From Octopus bimaculoides (taxonomy: Eukaryota), in the NCBI RefSeq assembly GCF_001194135.2, contig NC_068985.1, positions 124,012,061 to 124,076,060 of the forward strand: a DNA stretch of 64,000 nucleotides, written 5' to 3'. The number at the start of each line of letters is the position of its first letter. Positions within the stretch are counted from its first letter, which is position 1. Positions 24,500 through 38,332 of this stretch are shown piece after piece. A program made the translations under genes and the position numbers. The notes under the pieces are model-generated. The model was given only the letters and a program-made list of their open reading frames with translations. It was not told the origin of the DNA and made no database searches.

Positions 24500-26809
24500 A
24501 ATTTGATACTTTGCATAAAAGGAAATGAAAACACAATATCCGATCTAAAAATAACAACTATTTAAAAAATTCAAAAGCTATCCGCAAGATTAGTAGTTGA
24601 CCACCATTTTTTACCCATTAACCCCTTTGATTTCTATTTTAGTCGGGTGGACTCATAGCCAATCGGTGTTTTAAAGAAACATATTTTCATATTTGATTAT
24701 TATTAGGAAGTATATGAACACTGTTAAAATATTATGAGAACTGTAGAAATATAACCATTTTATTTCAAATAAATTTTAACAGCAAAATCTTACGTTTTAC
24801 CCCGAGGGTCACATGGATCCTGGTCCAGAATCACTGAACTAGATTAAGGCTGGGAGAGAACAGTTTACTCAAAGTAGCCGCACTCAGGTTCCACAACGAC
24901 TTCAGGGCGGCGCCGGGATCTGCTGCATGCTTCCCTCACTGTGTCCTTGAGATTTTCGAATACCTCCTTGAAATTGGCCGACCTCCACCTTGGTGTTACA
25001 AGTAAAGTAGTTTCTCAGCCGCACTCCACATGGCATTAAAATAGTGGGAATTTGCATGCCAGAAATTGGACCTGGTGAAGTCATAGAAATTATCTGATAA
25101 ACAGTTTTGATTCTTTGAGGACGTATGGCAAGGAACCGATCCTGCTGTTATACATATCGCCTTGCAGCAGCAATCCTCTCCAACTGGGGATTGACCACAG
25201 TATCCAACAGCTTCTCGTAGGCACTGAAAGAAGACTAACGTTGTATTCAAAGATAAGCGGATGAGTTCTAGCGTCCAGACGCAGATATGCTGCCGCCATT
25301 TTGATATATATATATATACCCACTATATATATATATATATATACATATATACCCACTATATATATATATATATANNNNNNNNNNNNNNNNNNNNNNNNNN
25401 NNNNNNNNNNNNNNNNNNNNNNNNNNNNNNNNNNNNNNNNNNNNNNNNNNNNNNNNNNNNNNNNNNNNNNNNNNNNNNNNNNNNNNNNNNNNNNNNNNNN
25501 NNNNNNNNNNNNNNNNNNNNNNNNNNNNNNNNNNNNNNNNNNNNNNNNNNNNNNNNNNNNNNNNNNNNNNNNNNNNNNNNNNNNNNNNNNNNNNNNNNNN
25601 NNNNNNNNNNNNNNNNNNNNNNNNNNNNNNNNNNNNNNNNNNNNNNNNNNNNNNNNNNNNNNNNNNNNNNNNNNNNNNNNNNNNNNNNNNNNNNNNNNNN
25701 NNNNNNNNNNNNNNNNNNNNNNNNNNNNNNNNNNNNNNNNNNNNNNNNNNNNNNNNNNNNNNNNNNNNNNNNNNNNNNNNNNNNNNNNNNNNNNNNNNNN
25801 NNNNNNNNNNNNNNNNNNNNNNNNNNNNNNNNNNNNNNNNNNNNNNNNNNNNNNNNNNNNNNNNNNNNNNNNNNNNNNNNNNNNNNNNNNNNNNNNNNNN
25901 NNNNNNNNNNNNNNNNNNNNNNNNNNNNNNNNNNNNNNNNNNNNNNNNNNNNNNNNNNNNNNNNNNNNNNNNNNNNNNNNNNNNNNNNNNNNNNNNNNNN
26001 NNNNNNNNNNNNNNNNNNNNNNNNNNNNNNNNNNNNNNNNNNNNNNNNNNNNNNNNNNNNNNNNNNNNNNNNNNNNNNNNNNNNNNNNNNNNNNNNNNNN
26101 NNNNNNNNNNNNNNNNNNNNNNNNNNNNNNNNNNNNNNNATATATATATATATATATACATGTATGTATATATGTATGTATATTTGAGACATATGTGTAA
26201 GGTATGTATCTGTATACAAATGTATGTATGTATTATATTTATTTACATATTTTATACTTGTGTGTGTGTGTGTGTGTGTGTATGTGTGTGTGTGTGTGTG
26301 TGTGTGCATTTATATGTGTACACATATGTATATAAACGCCTAATTACCTTACATGACAGATGCTGGGCGGAGGTTCATGCGTTAATTGCCGATTGGAAAT
26401 CGGATATTTTCCTACTCGTGGCTGCCGTTAACAACTGACCATTGTATATGAGTGTTGCCTGTTTGTATTATTTATTAAATATATTCTTTTATATCAAGGA
26501 TAATGACGTTTTCTTTGTTTTTTCCATCGCTGCATACGTGATTTATTATACATGTATATTCTTTTATAGTTTCAGCTCGCGAGCTGCGGCGATGCTGGGG
26601 CACCGCCGTTTGATTTGCTACACTTTCACTAAACCGCCTCTGATGTGTGGCATTTGGTGAATGAGGGAGTTTGATTTTGCTGCCCTCATCTACGTTTCTT
26701 GTCGCGAGGTAGGCTTATCTGTAACTTTTGACAGGAGGAGATCCAGTTTTGTTTTGAAGACACCTATATCCACCCCATTTGAGTCTCTTTGTGGGAGGGG
26801 ACACACACA

Positions 26810-26864
<55 letters not shown>

Positions 26865-26887
26865 GTATGTATATGCACACATGTGAA

Positions 26888-27060
26888 AGCAGAAGGCTCA
26901 GAGGTTAGAATGTCGGACTTGCAATCGTGAGGTTGTGAGTTCGATTCTTGGACTGGACTGTATGTTGCCTTTTTGAGCAAGACACGTTATTTCACGTGGC
27001 TTCAATTCCCTCAACTGTAGAAATGTGTTGCAGTTGCGACGTCACTGGTGCCAAAATGCA
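26888..27060 (+). mobile_element. SINE family B (tRNA head + ttgagcaagacac core)
   Basis: A box ggctcagaggttag, B box gagttcgattc, then ttgagcaagacac.ttatttcacg...gcgacgtcactggtgcc. Confidence 0.8.
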
Positions 27061-27523
27061 TCCACCTTTCTTTTATCTTGGTATTGTGGTGAGGATAAAG
27101 TGGTATGCAAAGACGGCTAATTGTTTTCCACAAACAAACTTTATCTGGACATGTGCTTCGGAGGGGAACCTTCTTGGTGAAATCCCATGTATATATATAT
27201 ANNNNNNNNNNNNNNNNNNNNNNNNNNNNNNNNNNNNNNNNNNNNNNNNNNNNNNNNNNNNNNNNNNNNNNNNNNNNNNNNNNNNNNNNNNNNNNNNNNN
27301 NNNNNNNNNNNNNNNNNNNNNNNNNNNNNNNNNNNNNNNNNNNNNNNNNNNNNNNNNNNNNNNNNNNNNNNNNNNNNNNNNNNNNNNNNNNNNNNNNNNN
27401 NNNNNNNNNNNNNNNNNNNNNNNNNNNGACATATATAATATATAAAACAGAAAACCAGGCTTTCAGATATTTGCCAATAGAGTGGCTGGTATTTTTTAAC
27501 AATTATACTACATATTATTAGTG

Positions 27524-27742
27524 AAGGTGGTGAGCTGGCAGAAACGTTAGCACGCCGGGCAAAATGCTTAGCGGCATTTCGTCCTTCTTTATGTTCTGAG
27601 TTCAAATTCCGCCGAGGTCAACTTTGCCTTTCATCGTTTCAGGGTCGATAAAATAAGGACCAATTGCGTGCTGAGGTCGATCTAATCGATTATCCCCACC
27701 CAACCAATTTCAGGTCTTGTGCCTAGAGTAGAAAGGATTATT
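27524..27742 (+). mobile_element. SINE family A, best full-length copy
   Basis: A box tggcagaaacgttag, B box gagttcaaattcc, body and 3' end gtgcctagagtagaaaggattatt; ATT runs on both sides. Confidence 0.9.
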
Positions 27743-27950
27743 AGTGACTTAGTGTGTAGGATTATTCGACTCAAGTTCACAGGGCAGTGAGTTCGATTCC
27801 CAGCGACGCGTTGTACTCCTTCAGTAAGACACCTAATTTCTCATTGTCGCAGTCCACTCACATGGGAAAAAAAATTAGTTGTACCAGTACTTTAAAGGGA
27901 CAGCCTCGTCACATTCTGTGTCACGCTAAATCTTCCTGAGGACATGCATC
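27743..27950 (+). mobile_element. SINE family B variant, diverged
   Basis: gtgagttcgattccc...agtaagacacc...agtccactca...aaagggacagcctcgtcacattctgtgtcacgctaaatct; this tail matches the reverse complement of part of 60700-61020. Confidence 0.7.
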
Positions 27951-28300
27951 TGCTGCGTGCTAAGCTACTTGCGCACAATGCGTATACAAAACCTTGCACA
28001 TATATTTCAATACACACAATATGTAAATGTACATACAAACATACGTCGTACACACACACATATGTATGTATGTATGTATGTATGTATGCATGCATGTATG
28101 TATGCATGTATGTATGTATGTTTAAGTGTATGAATGTATGTCACTGTTTATAGTGAGTAAAGGAATGTCATACGGAGATGAAATTGTCGAAAAATTGGTA
28201 GAATACAAATTTGATATTACACAATTGAAAGAAATAGTGGTGAAATGCCGTGAATCTGTTAGAACAATTGATTTTCTTAATAAGGCAATCACGAAATGGG

Positions 28301-28340
<40 letters not shown>

Positions 28341-28350
28341 NNNNNNNNNN

Positions 28351-28388
<38 letters not shown>

Positions 28389-29165
28389 AATGTATTTGTA
28401 TATATACACACACACATATGCATGATATCTATATTTATGAATATACATGTTTATGCATAAATATATTCATATATATATGTATAAAGATATATATACATAT
28501 ATATGTATATACATATTTATACATATTTATATATATACATTAATATATATGTGTGAGTGTGTGTGCGTGTGTGTGTATACATATATATATATATACATAT
28601 ATATACATATATATATAATATATATATAGGGAGAGAGAGATGGAGAAAGGGAGAGGTGGAGAGAGGGAGAGAGATGCATTAATGGCATTTTTGCCTAGAT
28701 GTAATGGAAATATTCAGTGGATTGTCTTCTCTGAGTTTTTCTGTCGTTGAATGAATTCCAGAAGTAACAATAGATGGTCAAGCTCCAATGTGAATAGTAA
28801 TTGATTAATCCTCAGCGCTATTCCTTTCGAGCGAAACCATCAAAAACAAAAACAAAATGCTTAGAAAATGGTATATCGTAATTGGATTCATACCCTCATG
28901 TCTCGAAGAAACCCTTGCAAACAAAATGATGCAGTAGACGGAACGTAGTAATGAAGTTCAGTCCATAATTGAAATGTAATGAATACTATTGGTAGTTCAT
29001 GAGATTTTCTCTGTGATAATAATTATAATACAATATCTTATTTGATTGTGGTGATTGCCTTCATTCATACATTTCGTTTTAATAGACTCGATTATACATA
29101 CATATATACATATTATATTATACATTGTTGTATTATATTATGCTATGTTACATATATATATACAC

Positions 29166-29237
<72 letters not shown>

Positions 29238-29786
29238 GTCTGTCTATCTATCTATCTGTATGTGTGTGTGTGTGTGTGTGTAACTGCATAGTTACATATA
29301 TATNNNNNNNNNNNNNNNNNNNNNNNNNNNNNNNNNNNNNNNNNNNNNNNNNNNNNNNNNNNNNNNNNNNNNNNNNNNNNNNNNNNNNNNNNNNNNNNNN
29401 NNNNNNNNNNNNNNNNNNNNNNNNNNNNNNNNNNNNNNNNNNNNNNNNNNNNNNNNNNNNNNNNNNNNNNNNNNNNNNNNNNNNNNNNNNNNNNNNNNNN
29501 NNNNNNNNNNNNNNNNNNNNNNNNNNNNNNNNNNNNNNNNNNNNNNNNNNNNNNNNNNNNNNNNNNNNNNNNNNNNNNNNNNNNNNNNNNNNNNNNNNNN
29601 NNNNNNNNNNNNNNNNNNNNNNNNNNNNNNNNNNNNNNNNNNNNNNNNNNNNNNNNNNNNNNNNNNNNNNNNNNNNNNNNNNNNNNNNNNNNNNNNNNNN
29701 NNNNNNNNNNNNNNNNNNNNNNNTATATATATATATATAAAGAGATGGAAATACATTAAAAATACATATTTATAGACGCAAATACA

Positions 29787-29826
<40 letters not shown>

Positions 29827-32159
29827 TACATGCTTAAACACACACACATACACATCTGGTAGTTGTCCAGTCGATTGATTTTCTGAACACGTACGGGATG
29901 TCCGCTTCCATAAAAAAATTGCCGTCGCCTATTAATCTTGCCCTGCCTACCACTCCACCGAACAACACATTATTTTTGGCCCAACGTTTCACCATGGAAC
30001 TACCCTCACTAGACTTCGCGAAGAGCAGAACTACACTTGCAACTCGATACCGTTTCGACTTAACACTCCAGTGAATTTGTCTTTAGAAGTTGAAATATAT
30101 CACAAAGTTATCTTAACTAAAAGTTCGCTTATGCCTAAGCATTGCTTGGCGCTGGTATTGCTGAATATTTCCCGACATGGCAGTCTAATAGCGCAACTCA
30201 GTCAATAACATTGACTGTGTTTTAGTTAAAGTTATGGCTTTAAATCTGTCCAGAGTTACCTTTATTCATTATTTTTTCATTGATAGCAGCTATAGAGCTA
30301 GAAACGCTACGTATGGGAATCCGACAGGAGAAAACAGTGGTCAGATATAGTATTTTTACAATTTTTACCATAGGAAAGTATCTTTCCTCCACGGTAATCG
30401 CAGTGAATTTACCTTTAGTGGTTGAAACAATTCACAAACATATTTTAACTAACCTAATGAATTCGAACCAAACACGATAGTAATAATTTGAAATCATTTT
30501 AACACGTACGTTTCAGGTGTGCGTAATATATAATAGGGAATCAACTATAGTGTAAGACCTTAGTATAACACTATATATGTATGTATGCATGTATGATGAA
30601 AAATTATGATGAAAAATACCATAAACTTGCCCCGCCACCCCCAAATGACTTTTTTTGCCATTTTTTGGGGTCAAGTTTATGGTATTTAGAAAAACAGTAT
30701 ACACTCTTTACATGAATTTGAAGAAGATTCACAGCCTGTTTACTTAATCTTTAACGTTGTAGATCGTGGGTCACTTGTAAAAGACAAAACACACTATGAA
30801 TTGATGCACAATTTTTTATAGAAAGATGCAAATCTTCAATTGTTGGAAATTAGAGACAGAAGACGTCAAATATGGGAAGGTAAAATTTCACTACGGACAA
30901 ACAATAGGGAAAGGTTTTTAAAAGATTTCATACAATAAAGCTGATATATAATAATTTGCACTCAACGAAAAATAAAGAGAATATGGAAAAAAAAAACTTC
31001 GTCATTTTTATATTGACAAAAATATAATTTCATAAAAGAAGTAAACGATGCAAGGGTAACCTGTTGCATTTTATAGTTTTGATTGGTATGATAAGATCTT
31101 GAGGGACAAAGAGTTTACAATTCTCAGTTTACTCTTTAGAATGTCAAGATCTTGTTATTTGATTTTCTTTCAAGAAAAGTTTTGCATACCCGTATTCCAT
31201 GTATTTATACACATTTATACAATACATACGATGACAGAACATTCAATCTTAAAAGACAAATATGTTTTTGAACTTTAATGGTCGTTACATAAAGCATTAC
31301 CATATTGACTCTATGTGTCCATAAAGTATGAATGTACTTGAAATAACATGTTTCAGATGATTGTTCAGTTAGGGCAATGTAGCTCTTTGTAGTGATATTG
31401 TCAGCAACGGAAAAATATGAACGATAAACTAAAGCTTTTGAAACACCTCATTAAGTGGAGATGATGTGAGAATATTGGAATATAAAGAGGTATTTGAACT
31501 AAGAACGTAAGAGTTTTTCCAAGGACATTTGCTATTGTTGCAGTGAGGGTAATATTACAAGAACTTTTAAATTTTATAGTATTCTCATGTTATATTTATG
31601 GTTATGGATAGGAGATATTTTGTACTAAATTTAGAGCGGACGTTAGTACTATAAAGTGGATTGTATCATAATATCTTTCTTTTCCTGTTTTTACGTTCAT
31701 TGTTGCAATTACTTTTCATGTAATAAATTTTAGTCACTATTTTTTAATGCATCATTGTAATAATGTGCAGTACTGTTCAAAGAAGCACCATTGGATAAGA
31801 GGCTAGTTATATGTCTGCTAATACAACTGATTAAATAGTCTAAATTTATAAGAGGAACGTCATAGTCGTTGTTAATGTGCTACCATTACTAGTTAGGCTT
31901 TCTGTAAGTGCATTACTTACCAGTACCTAAATTTAAAGAAATCTCCAGAAATTTAACAACACCTTTTCATCTAATTCTTTGGATAGACCGAAGTGTTCTT
32001 TCCTAAAACTATGCCTCTCATGGCCATTTATATTACATAAAATAATTAAACAATCATTACGGTATATAAACTTCAGTGTAAAGAGTAAAATATCTTTTGG
32101 AGTAAATCTAAAAATCGATAAATATCATATGCCTGTTGTGTTGAATTGAGACATCAACC

Positions 32160-32200
<41 letters not shown>

Positions 32201-32496
32201 NNNNNNNNNNNNNNNNNNNNNNNNNNNNNNNNNNNNNNNNNNNNNNNNNNNNNNNNNNNNNNNNNNNNNNNNNNNNNNNNNNNNNNNNNNNNNNNNNNNN
32301 NNNNNNNNNNNNNNNNNNNNNNNNNNNNNNNNNNNNNNNNNNNNNNNNNNNNNNNNNNNNNNNNNNNNNNNNNNNNNNNNNNNNNNNNNNNNNNNNNNNN
32401 NNNNNNNNNNNNNNNNNNNNNNNNNNNNNNNNNNNNNNNNNNNNNNNNNNNNNNNNNNNNNNNNNNNNNNNNNNNATATATATGTATTTATGTATA

Positions 32497-33709
32497 CAGG
32501 GGTTGGACAAAATAATGGAAACATCTAGCATCATAGCATCATAATTTTGAAATATCTATAAAACCGTGAAAAGCTAGGTTATTTTTATGTTTTTGATTTA
32601 TTATTTTTGCTAAAATTGCTGTTTATTTTCAGATATCGTCAGAAAAAGGTAATTAAAATTCATTAAAATGACAGATCTATCGGGCTTTCAAAGAAGTCAA
32701 ATTGTTAGTGCTCGTATGGCAGGCGCTAGCTGACATGTTTGATGTATCAAGAAGTACTGTCTCGAAAGTAATGACAGCCTTTGACAAAAACGGAAAAACC
32801 TCCTTGTCGAAACAAAACTCCGGAAGAAAACCAAAACTTTCAGATAGGGACCGTCGGACTCTTACGAATTGTTAGAAAGAATCACAAAAGTACAGCTCCA
32901 AAAATTACTGCAGAGCTTAACGACCACTTCGAGAACCCAGTTTCCACAAAAAACTGTTCGCCGGGAGCTGCACAAAGCCGGATTTCACGGGAGGGCTGTA
33001 ATCGGAAAACCGCTACTTTCAAAAACAAACATTACAAAGCGTTTAGAGTGGAGTAAAAACCTACAGAATTGGTGCCTAGAGCAATGGAAGAATGTTATTT
33101 TCTCGGACGAGTCATCCTTTACCTTATTTTCGACCACCGGCAGAGTATACGTGTAGAGAGAGCCAAAAGAAGCATTAGATCCAGACTGCCTTCTTCCAAC
33201 TGTTAAACATGGAGGAGGATCTGTGGTGGTCTGGGGGCTATATCCTGGAAATCCGCCGGCCCAATGGTTTCCCATCATGGCACAATTAGTAGTGAAGACT
33301 ATTTAAGCATTTTAGCTGATCAAATTCATCCTATGTTCGCAGAACTGTTTCTGGATGATAATGCACCAATTCACACAGCTAAAGTTGTTACTGAATGGCA
33401 CGAGAAACATTCTAGTGAAGTTGAACATCTTACCTGGACACCACAGTCCTCAGATCTTAATATTATTGTACATTTATGGTGTATTTTAGAAAAACAAGTA
33501 AGGAGTTGATATCCTCCACTATCATCACTACAAGAACTGGAACTGTTTTAATAATGGGCAAAAATTCCTTTGGAAACAATTCAAACTTTGTACGAATCCA
33601 TACCTCGTAGAATCCAAGCTGTAATTAGTGCCAAATGCGGTCCTACCCCACATTGAAATAAACTTGTTTTGAAATTTTAAGGTGTTTCTGTTATTTTGTC
33701 CAACGCCTG
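32497..33709 (+). mobile_element. Tc1-family DNA transposon, full length, dead transposase
   Basis: TIRs caggggttggacaaaataatggaaaca / tgtttctgttattttgtccaacgcctg; TA at the left end; the transposase has HTH, KPLL, IFSDES, KHGGGSVVVWG, DDNAPIH and PQSSDLNI motifs. Confidence 0.95.
32668..33657 (+). pseudogene. Tc1 (DD34E-type) transposase pseudogene
   Basis: Starts MTDLSGFQRSQIV; several stops and frameshifts; the catalytic E is lost (NIIVHLW). Confidence 0.9.
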
Positions 33710-33769
33710 TGTATAGGATAAAGTCCCTTCTGAGTCCAATAAACACATAGGGCCGATTTCCGGATTCTC

Positions 33770-33935
33770 TGGAATATATAATTCCCACTTTATCTGTCAG
33801 AAGATTACTCATTTTTGCCAGGTGAGTGGACTTTAGCGATATGAAATGAGGTGCTTTGCTCAAGAACACAAAGCATCGTCTGGTTCAGGAATCGAAATCA
33901 CAATGAGTCCAACACACCAATTACTATGCTGCGCG
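33770..33935 (-). mobile_element. SINE family B
   Basis: ctcatttttgccag.tgagtggac...tgaaatgaggtgctttgctcaagaacaca...caggaatcgaaatcac on the plus strand. Confidence 0.75.
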
Positions 33936-33936
33936 C

Positions 33937-34053
<117 letters not shown>

Positions 34054-34087
34054 TATACACACTCTCGTATTTATATGTTTTATGCAA

Positions 34088-34480
34088 TAAAATAAGGATT
34101 CAGATAGAATCAGGTACTTGAATGGATATGCACCAGATAGGGTTGGATAAACCTGTGGTTCCGACCTGTATTTGGTAAGTATCAAATAGGATATTCTGGT
34201 TGTGCACACAGAGAAAACCAACCCTGTGAGTATTTAGCGCCTATGGGCTGGTACAAATCACGTGTTACTTTGAATAGTACGTTGTTTGTATACTCTAGGA
34301 TGTCCGACTAGTCGTAAATCCCCTAGGAGCTAAATACTCATAGCGTTGGTTTTTTTCTGTGTACACAACCGGAATATCCTATTTGATACTTACCAAACAC
34401 AGGTCAGAACCACAAGTTTATCCAACCCTACTTGGTACATATCTTTTGAAGTACCTGATTCTATCTGAATCATTATTTTA
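34088..34480. mobile_element. Fold-back element / MITE with ~160-bp TIRs
   Basis: 34088-34247 is approximately the reverse complement of 34320-34480; the spacer is itself partly palindromic; no clear TSD found. Confidence 0.85.
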
Positions 34481-36482
34481 CTATTTATCTGACACGTCTC
34501 ACAACCAATTTAACGAAACTTTCTGTACTTGAATTCTTCAACGAGAAGGATAAGGTCCTAATTAATTTTTCAATGAAGGATATCCCCATCCAAAGAAAAG
34601 ACTTGTACATGGAAAAAGCATTTCATAGTTGGCCTCGACAGAATTCAGCCACATCCCTGGTCTATTCTTGGAATATCCTTTGTTTGTAATATTACGTTTC
34701 ATCTAATGATTACGATTATTTGTGATGGAGTAATATTCTCCTTCTATTAAAAAGATACGCAAGAAATAGGTGGAATGAGTTTACAATTATCCATCGTATG
34801 TTATTATTGATATACATTGTATATATGTATATTGTATATATATACATACACACACATATATATGCGTTATGTGATAGAACCGAAATAAAGATTGCTGAAT
34901 ACATTTTACATTTTCATCTATTTACTCTTAAGGATATTACTTGCTCTGTCGCAGCGAAATGTATAGTGTAGCGACCGAGTGTTCATACAACATCATTCAT
35001 TTGAATGCAGGTGTGTGTATTAATACTGGTGGTGTTAGTTATACAAAAAAGAAAAACGTGTATCATTAACTAAATAAAGGGCACAATACTTAGCTCGAGC
35101 GAAGTATCTTATTATTTAAAGAATCACAGTTTAATTTTCCGTTTCATCCCAGGAGGCTTTTTAAAAAAAATTAAAAGATATTAATTCAAAAGTCCAAGAC
35201 TAGACGAATTTGGTGAGGATGATGTATTTCATAATAGAAATAAGGGTCAGAAGGAATGAGGAAGATCTGAAGTTACATTTAAAAGGTTTGATTCACCAGT
35301 ACAGAAAATAGGATGCTTCAAAATGTGTATTAAAGGTGGATTAAAGCATAAGATAGGATTAACAATGATGGATTTTGAAGCAATTTTTTACAGCTTATGA
35401 AAATGCATAAATATATAATCCCGTGATAAAGATTTTTGAGAATAAATTGTGATATTGCCGAAGTGAAATCTAGTTATTTGAGAGAAACGTATTTAAATGT
35501 ATTGTAATCTGAGAGAAGAGAGGGTCCCACACCTCCACTCAAAAAAGCATGATTAAGTGTTTAATTGCTGGCCAGTTTTTTTTTTTAGTTCTCGTCACGT
35601 GCCATATTGATTGCCAAATGATAAAAACTAACCTGACAAACTAAACACTAACCAATAATTAATGAATTAGTTAATTATAAATAAGTGAACTATACCCACT
35701 GTGTGTGTTTTTTATTGGCAAAATGATCCAAAGTAAAGCAATATGTGTTTTAGCCCACGATTTCACATATTAAAACAAAAGAATCTACCAATAGGAATAC
35801 AAAATGAAATGCACATGAAGAGTTTGTATTTTAATTAAATGGAGAAGTATATATTGGTAGTAACTTTGACTTGCTCTTTTAAGTCATTATCGAAAGAGTT
35901 GAATAACCGAAGAAAATAAAACATACTGATTTCAATTGCACAATACGAACTAAAATCTCGATAGGAAGATAAACACCTGAAAGTTGTGATGGTGGTACAT
36001 GACTTTATTCTTCGTATGTTAATCAAATATTTTAATTTGGTTAAGACGTGAAATTCAGTATGTCACAAAATGTGAAGTTTGTTAGCATAATTTTTTATAA
36101 TGAAATGGATTCATAAGATAGACATTTAAGATATTCACAGTTGCCAATTTATAGGTACAGTTACATAAAATAATTTACAAAAAAAGTGAGACAGTTGAAT
36201 TTCTACGAACTATTTTAGTGGTAAAAATGTGTTTTAGGCTTCGTAAACTATGTTGAAAATATATAAGCATTTACGATAGTACTTCCAATTAAGTCATTTC
36301 TATATACCACCGCCCTATTGGGGAATGTTTTAGTACTGTAGACTCATTCATATTTTTTGGCAAAATATAAAAGTTAGTTTGGACTAACAGTAAAAGAAAG
36401 CAAATTACAAAAAACAAAACTAACACTTAAGGAGTGATACCTGTCAATAATGGTTTGAGAAAATAGAAAAGTTTATGCGCGC

Positions 36483-36532
<50 letters not shown>

Positions 36533-37718
36533 ATGTGACCAACATTAAAAATAAAGATAACCTTAAGTTGTAAACCTGTTGGAAAGGTATCTCTTAGTTA
36601 CCGTGCAAATGAATTCTTAGATTTATATAATCGGACAACTTATCGTGCTGCTGTAATATTTTGGAGACATCCGAACCCTAAATGAGGACGAAAATCATTT
36701 AGATTCATTGATGCTATGTTATTAACAGAGACATACACGAAACTGGGAACTTAGCAAACCTAAGGTGGTGTTCAGTGACACCTGGCGCGGCGTGATCAAA
36801 CACTTAACAGGTTTGACCGCTTGGAAAAGAACTACATAACAAAGAGGTAAATATGTGAAGACACTCCATTTGACAGAACGTTATCTCTGACGTAACAATC
36901 CGAAATTAGAAATATATGTTTGTAATTTGTACGTCTAACTTGTGAAAGTGAACAAATAATGTGTAAAATATGTAAGTGTACTGGGTATAGTTGAAGAGTG
37001 AGTAAAATAGAGTTGATATAATTTATTGCTAGGTTAAGAAAAAGTTATAGGTCGAAGGTTAAATAAATGAATAAATATATTACACGTTGTAACATTAGTT
37101 GCATTTAAGATGTGAAATTACTGGATACCATCAGATATTTTCGGTGCAAAAGCAAATTAAATAATACAAAATAAAAATTAAAGACAACTTAAACTGATTA
37201 ATTTGATAGGAATATGTCACTTAATTTTCGTGCAATGAACTTTTTGACTTAATTATAAAAACAAAAAAAGGAAACATAAACAGTTTCACAAATCTAATCT
37301 TTTACATTACATAAGAGCAACGATTAGAATATTTTAAAATATATGTGATAGTAATATATGTTATTGGAAAAAACAATGTAATGCATAATAAACTAATGTA
37401 TCCGCTATACAAATGTAAAGCAGCTGATAATGAATTATATACAGTCAAATAAAAGGAATAGCCAAATGAAAACTGTTATTAAAATATAAGCTGGTATAAT
37501 CTTGAATAATAGTGAGTAATGCGAACTTGAAAAATGGTACATTCGTTAATGTAGTTGAAGACCGTTTTATATTCAAATGAACGAAATTAAAATGAGGTTC
37601 AGAAAATTGAATATATTCGTATATTAATGGAAAATATAAGCTGAAGATTAAATAAATGAATAAATATATTAAATAGTTTGACATTAACTTAGTCTATAAT
37701 TCGATTTTTATCTTATAC

Positions 37719-37790
37719 TGTCCTGTAGTTTCCGAGACAGAGCATTGCTAAAATGCATATTTCTAGTTTCTAAAAGATCCTTTACTGTTT
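37719..37790 (-). other. Candidate 72-nt symmetric (phase 1-1) coding exon
   Basis: Acceptor tttattttcag|A, weak donor ACA|gtataa; open frame TVKDLLETRNMHFSNALSRKLQD; no partner exon or homology recognised. Confidence 0.2.
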
Positions 37791-37809
37791 CTGAAAATAA
37801 ATGTTACGA

Positions 37810-37810
<1 letters not shown>

Positions 37811-37855
<45 letters not shown>
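37811..37855. repeat. (TAG)n microsatellite
   Basis: Direct inspection. Confidence 0.95.
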
Positions 37856-37856
<1 letters not shown>

Positions 37857-38206
37857 CAAACTGACAGTCTAAAATTACGCTTTTTAAGATCAATGCAGCT
37901 GATAGGGTGATCCAACAAAAGATAAACAGTGAGATATACATAAAACAAAAAAACAGGTGGCCCGTTTTAAGTTAGTCATGCTACCAGCGCGGTATGGAAA
38001 ACGCCGTTTCTCAAGCTATTTTATTTATACTAAGACACGCCCTTTCAAAGCTTGATGCTGTGACCTAAACCATGACCAAGTACTTTCGGTACTTAATTAT
38101 CAAAACTGGAACATACACTCAGGAAATCTCACCAGAGCCATTTATGTTGTAACAGTCCTTCCCCAATCAAATCTTGAGAAGTCTGCCTCACCTCCTACCC
38201 TTTCTA

Positions 38207-38332
38207 CAGGGTGCCCACAGAGTCTGGGTACATAGAGTAAATAAAATCATAACATAAACATTTAAATATAAGAAGTAATAATTTCTGAATGTATGTGTTA
38301 ATCCCATGTACCCAGACTTTGTGGACACCCTG
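38207..38332. mobile_element. Tc1/mariner-type MITE, 126 bp
   Basis: 27-bp TIRs cagggtgcccacagagtctgggtacat (2 mismatches) with TA TSD on both sides. Confidence 0.9.

Noticed and set aside
25261-26309. Long ORFs of 290-370 aa (also at 29.0, 49.9, 53.1 and 62.8 kb)
   Set aside because: Artefacts of N-gaps and dinucleotide microsatellites.
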